In this document: positions 26,102 through 36,199 of the stretch, one piece after another
Numbering within the stretch: position 1 is the first letter of the stretch
Layout of the letters: the number at the start of each line of letters is the position of its first letter
Assembly: GCA_035549195.1 (NCBI GenBank)
Contig: DASZRK010000055.1
Coordinates: forward strand, 7,231-71,230
Origin: a bacterium
GTDB lineage: Bacteria > Oederibacteriota > Muellerivitia > Muellerivitales > Muellerivitaceae
Length of the DNA stretch: 64,000 nt
Direction of reading: 5' to 3'
Program-made: the position numbers and the translations under genes
Notes under the pieces: generated by a model
Database searches by the model: none
What the model was told of the DNA's origin: nothing
What the model saw: only the letters and a program-made list of their open reading frames with translations

Positions 26102-27121
26102 TTGGAACATCATCCTTTATTGATGGCCTTCATCATCCTGATGGCCTTGTCCTTCGACTTCCTGAACGGTTTCCACGACGCCGCCAATTCCATCGCGACG
26201 GTCGTTTCCACCCGGGTGCTTTCGCCAGGCCAGGCGGTCATCTGGGCAGCCTTCTTCAACTTCGTGGCGGCCTTTACGGTAGGGACCCATGTGGCCAAGA
26301 CGGTGGGGAAGGGGATGGTGGACCCCGCGGGCATCACCGTTTACGTCATCCTGGCCGCCCTCTTGGCCGCTATCCTCTGGGACCTGATCACCTGGTATTA
26401 CGGCCTTCCGACCAGTTCCTCCCACGCCCTGATCGGTGCCTTCGGCGGTGCCGCCGTGGTCCACGGCGGATGGAAGGTGCTGATCCTGGCGGGTTTCCAG
26501 AAGACCATCCTGTTCATCTTCCTGTCGCCCATCCTGGGGCTCATCCTCGGCTACATTTTCATGACATTGGTCTTCAATCTCTTCAACCGCTTCACGCCCT
26601 CGGCGGTGGACGGGATCTTCCGGATCGGGCAGTTCTTCTCGGCGGCGGCCTATAGCATCGGGCATGGGGCCAACGACTCCCAAAAGACCATGGGCATCAT
26701 CGTGGCCCTGCTCCTGGCGGCCCGGCGGCCTGAATGGGCCTACCACGCGGGGAGCGAGGAGATCGCCTGGTGGATCATCGTCTGTTGTTATGCCGCCATG
26801 GCCCTGGGGACCATGTCGGGCGGTTGGCGCATCGTCAAGACCATGGGCCAGAAGATCACCAAGTTGAAGCCCGTGGGCGGCTTCTGCGCCGAGATGGGCG
26901 GGGCGATCTCGCTCTTCATCGCGGCCTCCATGGGGGTCCCGGTCTCCACGACCCACACCATCACCGGCGCCATCATCGGGGTGGGGAGCACGACCAAGTT
27001 CTCCTCGGTCCGTTGGGGCGTGGCGGGACGGATCGTCTGGGCCTGGATCCTGACCATCCCGGCTTCCGCCCTTGTCGCCGCCCTGTTCCAGTACGCCTTC
27101 ATTTCCTGGGGATGGAACTGA
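26102..27121 (+). CDS. pit: Inorganic phosphate transporter, PiT family
   Basis: Motifs NGFHDAANSIAT, GLPTSSSHA, HGANDSQK, G.PVSTTH. Start is TTG 26102 or ATG 26123. Confidence 0.93.
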   Translation: MEHHPLLMAFIILMALSFDFLNGFHDAANSIATVVSTRVLSPGQAVIWAAFFNFVAAFTVGTHVAKTVGKGMVDPAGITVYVILAALLAAILWDLITWYYGLPTSSSHALIGAFGGAAVVHGGWKVLILAGFQKTILFIFLSPILGLILGYIFMTLVFNLFNRFTPSAVDGIFRIGQFFSAAAYSIGHGANDSQKTMGIIVALLLAARRPEWAYHAGSEEIAWWIIVCCYAAMALGTMSGGWRIVKTMGQKITKLKPVGGFCAEMGGAISLFIAASMGVPVSTTHTITGAIIGVGSTTKFSSVRWGVAGRIVWAWILTIPASALVAALFQYAFISWGWN

Positions 27122-29497
27122 TCACTGCAGGATGGTGATCTCGCTGGTCGAGGAACGGCCCGCGTCGTCCAGGCAGACCACCCGGTGCTTTCCGGGGGCC
27201 GGAACGTAGAAGACCTTCTGTTCCGGCGGGCCCGACCCCGCCAATTTCCCGTCCACCAGCCAGTAGACCTTCTTCACATTGGAGTAGACCGAGGCCAGGA
27301 GCAGGATCTTCTGGTCCTCCCGGGCGATGCCGGGCCTGAGGCTGAACTCGGTCTTGTCCTCGGGGGAATGGATGTGGGGCGCGGACCCGTCCTCGGGCCT
27401 CTGGCACCAGGAAGCGTGAGGGGGAAGGGTCTTGAGGGGATAGCCCGCCCGCCGGAGCCAGGTGGCGATCCAAGCGGGCCAGACCTCGAAGGGTTTCTCA
27501 TAACACTTACGCCCCTTCTCGCAGGCGCTGCAGACCAGCTCGCCCGTCAGGGCGTCGACCTTGCGCATCTGATGGAAGGTGCATTCCCGGGTCGAGGAGA
27601 CGTTCTTGAGGTAATAATCGGTGGTCCTTTCCGAACAGGCCTGTCCCGGGGGCGCCCCGCTCAGGGCGCAGACCTCCCGGATGCCGACGTCGTCGGGCCG
27701 GCGGAACCATCCACCCGGTTCCAATTGGTCCAAGGCCCTGAAAATATGGAAGAGAAGGGGGGCGGCCGCGGTGCCGCCCACCAGGTCCCGCGACCCTTCG
27801 CCCGTGAAATTCCCCGTCCAGACCCCGACGGTGAACCGGGAGTTATAACCGATGCTCCAGGCATCCTTGTAGCCATAGGAAGTCCCGGTCTTCCAGGCGA
27901 TCTTGGGGGCGTCGGCCAGGCTCTCCCAGGTGTCGGGGAAATCCGGGCGGTGGACGTCGGTCAGGATCTCGGAGACCAGGTAGCAGGCGCCGGGGGAGAG
28001 GATGGGGCCCAGATCCTCCCCCTCCAGGTCCTTCAGGAAAGAGGCCTTCTTCAGGTCGCCGCCCCGGGCGAGACAGCTGTAGAACTCGCAAAGCTCCACC
28101 AGGCTCACCTCGCAGGCACCCAACACGATCGGAAGACCATAGTAATAGGGATTCGGGTTCAGGCCCCGGACCCTGTCCCGGGCGAGCAGGGTGTAAAGGC
28201 CGTCGGGCCCCAGCCGATGGTTGAGGATGACCGCCGGGACGTTGAGCGATTGAGCGAGGGCGTTGCGGGCGCTGACCACCCCGGCGTATTTCCCGTCGAA
28301 GTTGGAGGGTTGGTATCCGTCGTAGGAAATGGGCACATCCTCCAGGAGGGTCCGGGGCGTGATCATGCCCTTGTCCATGGCCAGGGCGTAAAGCAGCGGC
28401 TTCAAGGTGGAACCGGGCGACCGAGAGGCCAGGGCCCCGTTGACCTGGCCCTGGTAGCGGTCGTCCTGGAAATCCCCGGACCCGACCATGGCCAGGACCT
28501 GGGCGGTCTTGTTGTCCATCACCACCACGGCGGCCTGGTGGATCTGGGAGGCGGCCAGGATCCGCAGGTGCCGCTCGGTCAGGCTCTGGCAGATGGACTG
28601 GATCCGCCGGTCCAAGGGCGTGCGGATGTCGGCCGCCCGGGGGGAGGAGGACTTGACCCAATCGGTGAAATGGGGGGCCTCGAAAGGGAACTCCCGTTCG
28701 GCCACGGGGTTCTCCTCCCGCAGGGCCAGTTTCAGGTCGTTCGGGGAAAGGGCCCCGAGGACGGCCAGCTTATGGAGGACCTGGTCCCGGCGGAAGCGGG
28801 CCGCCCCGTAATTGCGGTCCAAACGATAGCCGTTGGGGGATTTGGGGATGACCGTCAGTAACGCCGCCTGGGAATAGCTCACCCGGGAAGGCGGTTCATG
28901 GAAATAAGCGAGGCAGGCCGACCGCACCCCCACCAGGTTGCCGCCATAGGGGGCCAGGTTCAGGTAAAGTTCGAAGATCCGGTCTTTGGGAAGATGCCAT
29001 TCCAATTGGAGGGCCCGAAGCACCTCCAGGGCCTTGGAGGAATAGGTCCTCTCCTTGGGCTCCAGGAGCCGGGCGACCTGCATGGTGAGGGTGGAGCCGC
29101 CGCAGACCACCTTTCCCGCCCGGTGGTTGGTCCAGAATGCCCTGATAAGGGAGAAGGGGTTGATCCCCGGGTGCCAATAGAACCAGCGGTCCTCGTAATA
29201 GAGGATCGAGCGCCGCAGGGGTTCGGAAACATCCTCCAACCTGCATTTGAGCCGCCATTCGTTGCGGCTGTCGCTGAAGATCCGAAGGGGGACGCCTTGG
29301 GTGTCGGAGACGACCGTGGAATAGTCCTGGAGCGCCCGGTCGAGGGGGAGCGGGAAGAGCAGGTCCAGCAGCTTGAACGACAGGAGGAAGGCCAGGAAAA
29401 ACCGGGCCTTCCGGGAAGCGGCCAGGGTCTCCAGGGCGGGCCGGGCCACCGCCCAGGCCCGCCGGGACCTCTGCTTCCATTCGCGCCGCAAGGCCAA
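27122..29497 (-). CDS. pbpC: Penicillin-binding protein 1C
   Basis: Transglycosylase motifs EDRWFY.HPGINP and GGSTLTMQVAR; transpeptidase motifs SPGSTLKP, SLN, KTGTS; C-terminal BiPBP domain; adjacent to A2M. Confidence 0.93.
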   Translation of the reverse strand: MALRREWKQRSRRAWAVARPALETLAASRKARFFLAFLLSFKLLDLLFPLPLDRALQDYSTVVSDTQGVPLRIFSDSRNEWRLKCRLEDVSEPLRRSILYYEDRWFYWHPGINPFSLIRAFWTNHRAGKVVCGGSTLTMQVARLLEPKERTYSSKALEVLRALQLEWHLPKDRIFELYLNLAPYGGNLVGVRSACLAYFHEPPSRVSYSQAALLTVIPKSPNGYRLDRNYGAARFRRDQVLHKLAVLGALSPNDLKLALREENPVAEREFPFEAPHFTDWVKSSSPRAADIRTPLDRRIQSICQSLTERHLRILAASQIHQAAVVVMDNKTAQVLAMVGSGDFQDDRYQGQVNGALASRSPGSTLKPLLYALAMDKGMITPRTLLEDVPISYDGYQPSNFDGKYAGVVSARNALAQSLNVPAVILNHRLGPDGLYTLLARDRVRGLNPNPYYYGLPIVLGACEVSLVELCEFYSCLARGGDLKKASFLKDLEGEDLGPILSPGACYLVSEILTDVHRPDFPDTWESLADAPKIAWKTGTSYGYKDAWSIGYNSRFTVGVWTGNFTGEGSRDLVGGTAAAPLLFHIFRALDQLEPGGWFRRPDDVGIREVCALSGAPPGQACSERTTDYYLKNVSSTRECTFHQMRKVDALTGELVCSACEKGRKCYEKPFEVWPAWIATWLRRAGYPLKTLPPHASWCQRPEDGSAPHIHSPEDKTEFSLRPGIAREDQKILLLASVYSNVKKVYWLVDGKLAGSGPPEQKVFYVPAPGKHRVVCLDDAGRSSTSEITILQ

Positions 29498-29519
29498 AGC
29501 GATCCTCCGCCGGGTCCGG

Positions 29520-32500
29520 TTACTGGCGCAGTACGGTCACGCCGCCGGCGTCGGAGATGCTGGTGACGGCCGGGTCGTACATGGACTCCACCTTGACCGG
29601 GGGCAGTTGGAACTGGCCGGCGGTCACGGCCCGCAAGGTGTAGTAATAACGGTAGGTCTGCCCGGTGCCCAAGGGCAGGAAGAAGATCACCCGGTCATCC
29701 CGCAGGTCCAGGAAGTCGACGGGGGTCTTGCCGTTCTCCTGGGAGACCCAGGGAAGCACCTCCCGGGATTCCAGCCGTGGGTTCTCCACCTCGAAGCCGG
29801 CCGGGAGCAGGTCCACGACCGCCAGGTTCTTGTAGTCGTCCTTGGCGCCCGAGACCGTGACCTCGGCCACGATCATCTGGCCCTGGGCGACCTTGGAAAG
29901 GTCCAGGTTCCCGCCGTCCCGGTCCTTGTAGACGCGGCGCACCGAGATGTCATTGTCGTAGGAGGTCACCGGCCCGTTCCCCTGGACCACGCCGTCCGCT
30001 TCCCAGAAATAGAAGGCGGTGCCTTCGCCCTGGGTCTCGATCTCCACCTTCTGGCCGCCCATATCCTCGCCCCGCACCTCGACGGTCGATTTCGAGTCAA
30101 AGGAGCGGACCTTCTTGCCGCCGATGCGGATCTCGCCGGTGAAAGTGCCGGTGGAAAGCTTGGTGAAGGTCTTGCCCAACGCCATCAGGGCGAAGGAGGT
30201 CTCCTGGGTGTTGTACCAGCGGCCCATGCGCGAATGGGTGTTGAGGAACTTGAGGAGGGACGGGATGGCCGGGTGTTCCCCATCCAGTTCCACGTAGGCG
30301 TCCAGGAGCATGGCGGCCTCCCGGACGTCCGAGTTGAAGTAGCCGCCCGTCTCCCGTTTGCCGTCGTTGTTGGGTCTGGCGTTGGCCGGCAGGATGGACC
30401 GGGCCGTCTTGGGGTCCCCGGCGTGGATATAGGCCAGCGCCAACTGGGCGCGGGAGTAGAGGGGGAGCTGGTTGAGTTTCTGCTCCCGGAAATAGTTCAT
30501 GGTGCCCATGTCCGGATCCCCGAGGAGGGAAAGGACATAGCAGGCATAGACGCGGGTGTTCTCCCCCCAACCGTCGTAATAGGAGTAGTAATCCCGCTGC
30601 TCGTCGCCCCGGGCCACGGACCGGAGGTTGTGGGTGATGCCGTCGATGACCCGGTCGGAGACGTCATAGCCCTTGAGCTTGGCCTCGGCCAGGAAATGGG
30701 AGGCGTAAACGCTGCACCAATAGTTGCTGTAGGAGCCTCCCGGCCAGTAGCTGAAGCCGCCCCTGGAATCCATCATGGATTCGATCTTGCGGATACCCTC
30801 CCCGACGAAGTAATCCGCCGAGTTGTTCTTGAACAGGTCCGGGGCCGCCACCTTGGCCACTTCGTTGAAATAAAGGAGGGGGAAAGCGGCGGAGGTGGTC
30901 TGTTCGATGCAGCCATAGGGGTAATGCAGGAGATAGGCGAGGCCCCCCATGTAACGCATGGTCGGCAGGCCCGAAAGGACCAGGGAATAGCGGTCGGTGC
31001 CCTGGACCAGCTTGTCCGGGAGGTCGAAGGAAACGGCCTTGCCGGGCGGGACCGAGCCCGAACCGCCGAAGTTCTCGATCGGGCGCGCGGGCCGCACGGG
31101 GATGGATGTGACCTGGCTCACCGACGCTCCCAAACCGTCGGCGGTCAAGGTGATGTCGGTCGGTTCCACCCGTTCCAGGACATGGGCCTGGAAGAGGACT
31201 TGGCCCATGGAAGAGGGGCCGATCTCCACCTCGGCGCTGGCGGGACCATCGACCTGCACGGGGCCGGAGGAGGACAGGTGGACGGTGACCTTGCCCTTTT
31301 GCTTGGTGCCGTTGAAGACGCCCACGGGGATCTCGAAGGAGTCGCCCATGGCCAGGAAGCGCGGCAGGTTGGGGGTGAGCACGATGGGGGAGCGCACGAT
31401 GAGGGGCGATTCGGCTGCCCCGAAGCGGCTTCCCTTGAAGGCGACGGCCATGAGGCGCAGCTCGCCGTCGAACTGGGGCACCTGGAAGGTGACCGTGGCG
31501 TGGCCCAGCATGTTCGTCTTCACCAGACCCGACCAAAGGGCCACGGGCTTGACCCGTTTCACCTGCGGACGGGCCAGGTTCCTTTCGCGCCTGCCGTCGG
31601 AGCCGCCGGTAGGGCCCTTGCCCTTGGCGACCTCGGGAAGGACATAGGAATAAAGGTCCATAGGCACGGTCGCCAGACGGAGGGGACCGTAAAAGAAGTC
31701 ATAGGGGTCGGGGGACCGGAAATCGGTCAACTGCAGGATGCCCGAATCCACCGCGGCCAGGATGACCTGGGCCCCGGGTTTGGCGTTGACCTCGACGGTC
31801 AGGGAGGTGAGCGGCCGGATCTCGGCGGGGGCCTTCAAGCTCACCGGGATACGGTCGGCCGGCTTCGAGACCATCATGCGCACCAGGCCGAAGGCGCGGG
31901 CCGGGGCGTGGGTCTCCATCGAATCGGTCGAACGGATGAGGGTGGCGGTCACGTAGACGTTGGGTTTGAACCGCTCGGGGACGGGGATCTGGATGACCCC
32001 GGTGTTCTCCGTCAGGGTGGCGGTGGTGTACCAATAGACGTCGTCCCGCTCGACGGTGACGAGGATCTTGCCGGGGAAGGGCGAGCGGACGCGTAGTTGG
32101 GCGATATCGCCGGGCGAGAACTCGCTCTTGTCCAGGCTCAGGTCCAACTTATCGGGCTGGGCCATGGAGACCGAGGAGTAGCCCCAGCCCCAGGCGGAGA
32201 ACTCGTCGGAGGTGATGACCTGTCCGTCGGCGGAGGAGACCTCCAGCTTGAACTGGCCGTATTCGTTCACGTCCATGCCCAGGGGTTCGATCCCACCGTC
32301 CAGGTCCAGGGGGACCTGCTTGACGATCTGGAACTGGTATTCGGAGACGAAGCGGTAATGGCCGTCGTTGTCCTTGCGGTAGAGCGATTCCCAGACCTTG
32401 CGGTAAAGGGTGGCCTTGGCGGGCCCGGCCTTGAAGGGCTTGCCCTGGGGATCCAGGGAAACGATGTCGTAGCGGACCTTCCGGCCCTCGGAATCGCCGT

Positions 32501-35057
32501 ATTCGTCGCTCTTCATACGGTTGCGGAGCCCGATGTAATAGGGATAGGGGTGGAAATCCACGGTCTTGACGCCGGAGATGGCGCGGCTTCCCTCGTCCAG
32601 GACGGTCCCGACCACCTGGGCGGAGAGCAGGCCCCGGGGTTTGGCATCCGGGAGCTTGAGGGTGACGGCGAAGCCGCCCTGGGCGTCCAGGGTCCCTTGG
32701 CCGGCCTCGGTCTCGAATTCCTTGAAGTCGTTGTTGGGATCGCCGAACTTGAAGTCCGAATAGCCCTTGGGACGGAAGGCCTTGTCCGTGAAGACGGTCC
32801 GCACGGAGACCTTCTGGTTGGCGGCCGGGGCGCCGAAGAGGAAGTCGCCCTGGACATGGGCTTGCAGGCTGTCACCCAGTTGGTAGGAGTCCTTGTCGGT
32901 CTTGACCGCGACGCGGATGCGGTCCGGGATGAAGTCCTCGACGCTGAAGGAGACGGCGCCCACCTCGTTCTTTTCCCCGATGGTCAGGCTGGCCCGGTAT
33001 TTCCCCGTCTTGGCGTAGGTGGGGATGGGGATGTCCAGGTCGAAGCCCCCGTCGGACTGGGACTTGGCCATGGTCTCCAGGAAGACCTTGGATTGGGGGT
33101 CGTAGAGGGTCAGTTTCGCCGGCATGGAAGGGGGCGTGTCCAACTGGGCGGTGCGCAGGATGCCCGCCAGGTGGGCCTTGTCGCCGGGCCGATAGACGCC
33201 CCGGTCGGTGAAGAGATAGGCCTGGAGGTCCTTGGACTGGTCGCGGCCGGAGATGTCGTAGTCGGCCAGGGAGATCTCGGACGAATCGAAAAGAAGGAAG
33301 GATTCGTCGTCCCCCAGCTTGGCGGTGATGAGCAGGGGGGTCATCTTCTCCTTGTCGAAGGCCGAAAGCCCCTCGAAGACCGCCTTCCCGTCCTTGTCGG
33401 TGGTGGCATGGGCCAGGGGCTGGTTGTTGGTGCTGATGAGGGTCAATTCGACCCCGGCGAGGGAATGGAGGGTGGTCAGGGAATTGGCGAAGACCACATA
33501 GGAATCGGCGGTCTTGCGGGCGATGAGCCCGATGTCGGTGACCAGCACCCACTTGGAGTCGGTCAGTTTTCGGTTCGTGTCGTAGTCGTAATCGTCGTCC
33601 CCGCCCTCCTCGTCGTCGCCTTCCCCGGCGTCGGCCTGGTGGGGACGGCCCCCGGTCCTCAGGAAGACCCGGAAGAGGCCTTTGCGCTTGCCTTGGGCCA
33701 ATTCGCGCATGCTGTAGGCGGTGGTCACCATGGTGTTGCGGTCGCGGCTGAGCGTCACATCCTCGGTCTTGACGTGCTGGCCCAGGTTCTGGAATTGCCC
33801 CTCATAGTAGTAATAGCGGTAATAGCCGGAGGCCCCCAGGATCCGCCCGCCGAATTCCCTCAATAGATAGACCAGGTTGTTCATGAAGACCTTGTCCACC
33901 ATCACCTGGGCCTTGGAGACGTTCACCGAATTGATGGCCAGGTTCATCTCCCCGCGGCGGGGGAGGTAGAAGCCGTCGTCGGCGAAGGTGAGCATGGGTT
34001 CCAGGTCGGTGATCTCGATGTCCTTCTTGACCTCGGCGGGAAGCACGGACCCGTCGATCCCCTGCAGGCCGTCCCGGACGGTCACGTGGTAGGTCTGCCC
34101 GCCCTGGAAACGGCCCCTGAGGAAGACGGTCTGATAGGAAGCGGTGGCCGAGAACTCGACGTCGGGGCTGACCACGATGTAGTCCTTGAGGCGGGAGGTG
34201 TCGACCGGCGAGGAGAAATTCAGTCGGATGGCGATGTTCCCCGGGTTGGTATCCACCTCGGCGCTCTTGAGCTCCAGGTCCTTGGCCATTTGCGGCTCCA
34301 GGTCCTGGGTGACGGCGTGCCCCAGCCCTCCGCCGCAGCTGACACAGGCCAGGTCGCCCGTCAAGGCCACCTTCAAGTGGGCCTTGCCCTTGCGCGGTTC
34401 GATGGGTTGGGTGATGAGGGAATGGAGGCTCCCGGTGGCCAGGGTCTCGAAGGAAAAGGGGACGGTCTTTCCGTTCTCGTCCAGCACGATCACGTTCTGT
34501 ACCAGGTCCTTCTGGGCGACGGGATAGTTGAATTCCAGGCCGATCCGCACCCGGCTTTTTTCGCCCTTGGACAGGGTCCTTTCATAAAAACCGCTGACGC
34601 TCTTGACCTCGAAATCGGGGGTCTGGAAATGGAAGGTGCTGCTGCCGTCGATCTTCTTCCCGGAAACGGCGTCCTCCAGGACCTGGACGGTGTAGCGGGT
34701 GGCGGGGGCCAGGGGAACGGCGGCGGTATAGGAGAGGGTCCGGGCGTCCTTCCAAATATAAAATCCCGGGATGGGCGGATCGATGTCCATCAAATGACCC
34801 TGAAAGCGCCGGTTCAGGGCGGATTCTTCGGCGACCTTACGGTTGAACTGGATGGTGAGTTCCTGTTGGTTGACGGCCACTTGTCCGGTCGGGCTGAATT
34901 GGGAGATCCGGATCCCGGGACGGTAATGGAACAGGGTGCCCAGCGCGAGAAGGAGAAGTCCCCCAAGAAAGAGCTTCTTGCGGGTGCCCGGGTCCTTCCA
35001 GCGGATGGATCTTAGGGAGGATAGGGAACGGCCGAATAACGAAAGGACCTTTTTCAT
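29520..35057 (-). CDS. Bacterial alpha-2-macroglobulin
   Basis: About 1845 aa. Motifs TDRGVYRPG, EDFIPDR, AAVDSGILQLT, thioester PYGCIEQ, W.NTQE, DLLPAGFE.EN, RDDR, YDP. GGAG SD before ATG 35057. Confidence 0.95.
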   Translation of the reverse strand: MKKVLSLFGRSLSSLRSIRWKDPGTRKKLFLGGLLLLALGTLFHYRPGIRISQFSPTGQVAVNQQELTIQFNRKVAEESALNRRFQGHLMDIDPPIPGFYIWKDARTLSYTAAVPLAPATRYTVQVLEDAVSGKKIDGSSTFHFQTPDFEVKSVSGFYERTLSKGEKSRVRIGLEFNYPVAQKDLVQNVIVLDENGKTVPFSFETLATGSLHSLITQPIEPRKGKAHLKVALTGDLACVSCGGGLGHAVTQDLEPQMAKDLELKSAEVDTNPGNIAIRLNFSSPVDTSRLKDYIVVSPDVEFSATASYQTVFLRGRFQGGQTYHVTVRDGLQGIDGSVLPAEVKKDIEITDLEPMLTFADDGFYLPRRGEMNLAINSVNVSKAQVMVDKVFMNNLVYLLREFGGRILGASGYYRYYYYEGQFQNLGQHVKTEDVTLSRDRNTMVTTAYSMRELAQGKRKGLFRVFLRTGGRPHQADAGEGDDEEGGDDDYDYDTNRKLTDSKWVLVTDIGLIARKTADSYVVFANSLTTLHSLAGVELTLISTNNQPLAHATTDKDGKAVFEGLSAFDKEKMTPLLITAKLGDDESFLLFDSSEISLADYDISGRDQSKDLQAYLFTDRGVYRPGDKAHLAGILRTAQLDTPPSMPAKLTLYDPQSKVFLETMAKSQSDGGFDLDIPIPTYAKTGKYRASLTIGEKNEVGAVSFSVEDFIPDRIRVAVKTDKDSYQLGDSLQAHVQGDFLFGAPAANQKVSVRTVFTDKAFRPKGYSDFKFGDPNNDFKEFETEAGQGTLDAQGGFAVTLKLPDAKPRGLLSAQVVGTVLDEGSRAISGVKTVDFHPYPYYIGLRNRMKSDEYGDSEGRKVRYDIVSLDPQGKPFKAGPAKATLYRKVWESLYRKDNDGHYRFVSEYQFQIVKQVPLDLDGGIEPLGMDVNEYGQFKLEVSSADGQVITSDEFSAWGWGYSSVSMAQPDKLDLSLDKSEFSPGDIAQLRVRSPFPGKILVTVERDDVYWYTTATLTENTGVIQIPVPERFKPNVYVTATLIRSTDSMETHAPARAFGLVRMMVSKPADRIPVSLKAPAEIRPLTSLTVEVNAKPGAQVILAAVDSGILQLTDFRSPDPYDFFYGPLRLATVPMDLYSYVLPEVAKGKGPTGGSDGRRERNLARPQVKRVKPVALWSGLVKTNMLGHATVTFQVPQFDGELRLMAVAFKGSRFGAAESPLIVRSPIVLTPNLPRFLAMGDSFEIPVGVFNGTKQKGKVTVHLSSSGPVQVDGPASAEVEIGPSSMGQVLFQAHVLERVEPTDITLTADGLGASVSQVTSIPVRPARPIENFGGSGSVPPGKAVSFDLPDKLVQGTDRYSLVLSGLPTMRYMGGLAYLLHYPYGCIEQTTSAAFPLLYFNEVAKVAAPDLFKNNSADYFVGEGIRKIESMMDSRGGFSYWPGGSYSNYWCSVYASHFLAEAKLKGYDVSDRVIDGITHNLRSVARGDEQRDYYSYYDGWGENTRVYACYVLSLLGDPDMGTMNYFREQKLNQLPLYSRAQLALAYIHAGDPKTARSILPANARPNNDGKRETGGYFNSDVREAAMLLDAYVELDGEHPAIPSLLKFLNTHSRMGRWYNTQETSFALMALGKTFTKLSTGTFTGEIRIGGKKVRSFDSKSTVEVRGEDMGGQKVEIETQGEGTAFYFWEADGVVQGNGPVTSYDNDISVRRVYKDRDGGNLDLSKVAQGQMIVAEVTVSGAKDDYKNLAVVDLLPAGFEVENPRLESREVLPWVSQENGKTPVDFLDLRDDRVIFFLPLGTGQTYRYYYTLRAVTAGQFQLPPVKVESMYDPAVTSISDAGGVTVLRQ

Positions 35058-35176
35058 ATATAGAAGGCTCCTTGGCTGGATGGTCGATAGGCTGGAGGAA
35101 GGGCCTATGATAAACCTGGGCCGAAGAGGCCAGTGTAAATAAACCGGCAAAAATACATCCTTATATAAGGGGAACC

Positions 35177-35734
35177 ATGGCTTCCGCATTGACGCACGCT
35201 TTCGTTGGGTCCGTGATGGGGAAGATCATCCGTGGAAAGGACCGGATGCCACGGCGATTTTGGATCGGCCTGGCTTTAACGGCCGCTCTACCCGACCTGG
35301 ATGTGGTCTCATTTCATCTGGGGATCCCCTATGAAAGCCCCTGGGGACACCGGGGATTCACCCATTCCCTGGTCTTCGCCGCTTTCCTGGGATGGCTGAC
35401 CCTCGAACTGTTACGGCTGGGGGAAAAGCGTTTTTCGAGGAACTGGTGGATGCTGTGGGCCTGTTTTTTCCTGGCGACCGCCTCCCATGGGCTCCTGGAC
35501 GCCATGACCAATGGCGGTATGGGCATCGCCTTCTTTTGGCCCTTTCGTAACGCCCGCTATTTCCTGCCCTGGCGGCCCATCCTTGTCTCGCCGGTCGCGT
35601 TCCAAGCTTTCTTCCACCATCGCGCCTTCGCGATCCTGAAAAGCGAGTTCCTGTGGGTCTGGATCCCGGTGGTCCTGCTTTGGGTTCTCTCCGCCATTCT
35701 TCGCCGGGTCTTGGGGAGTGAAAGGCCGAAATGA
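35177..35734 (+). CDS. Membrane metal-dependent hydrolase (YdjM/YbcI family)
   Basis: Motifs LTH, LPDLD, GHRGFTHSL, SHGLLDA. Confidence 0.88.
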   Translation: MASALTHAFVGSVMGKIIRGKDRMPRRFWIGLALTAALPDLDVVSFHLGIPYESPWGHRGFTHSLVFAAFLGWLTLELLRLGEKRFSRNWWMLWACFFLATASHGLLDAMTNGGMGIAFFWPFRNARYFLPWRPILVSPVAFQAFFHHRAFAILKSEFLWVWIPVVLLWVLSAILRRVLGSERPK

Positions 35735-35926
35735 CGCCGGTGGGGCCATTGCTAATCACGGCCTTTTTCCCTTAAACTTGAATCGCATCGTCGTAAGCAT
35801 CAGTGGCGGTGTGTTGTCATCGGTGGTGGGCCTTTTCAAGTCGGCATCCCGGTAACAGGAACGCGACGGTGGGAAGCCTCGGGGCCGGTGGGACGCAAAG
35901 GATGCGGAAAGCGTAGGGCTCGAAAG

Positions 35927-36133
35927 ATGCCACAGGGGCGCGTGAAGTGGTTCAACGCGGGCAAGGGCTACGGGTTCATCGAACAGGAGGGCGGGGAAGA
36001 CGTGTTCGTTCACTTCTCGGCCATCCAGGGGGATGGGTTCAAGACCTTGACGGCGGGACAGGAAGTGACCTTCGAGATCGTGCAGGGCGCGAAGGGGAAG
36101 CAAGCCGCGAACGTAACCAAGACGGGGGCTTAA
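35927..36133 (+). CDS. cspA: Cold-shock protein
   Basis: Motifs [34 protein letters not shown]. Confidence 0.93.
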   Translation: MPQGRVKWFNAGKGYGFIEQEGGEDVFVHFSAIQGDGFKTLTAGQEVTFEIVQGAKGKQAANVTKTGA

Positions 36134-36146
36134 CCGACACCAACCC

Positions 36147-36180
36147 AAAGGCCTTCCCAGCGATGGGAAGGCCTTTTTTG
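36147..36180 (+). terminator. Intrinsic terminator after cspA
   Basis: AAAGGCCTTCCCA-gcga-TGGGAAGGCCTTT followed by a T-tract. Confidence 0.9.
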
Positions 36181-36199
36181 TTTGGATCCACTGGGAAGC

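Noticed and set aside
29373-33866. Long plus-strand ORFs (907 aa and 589 aa) opposite the macroglobulin gene, and similar antisense ORFs throughout the window
   Set aside because: These are shadow ORFs typical of high-GC3 genes. They have no motifs or SD and fully overlap well-supported genes on the other strand.
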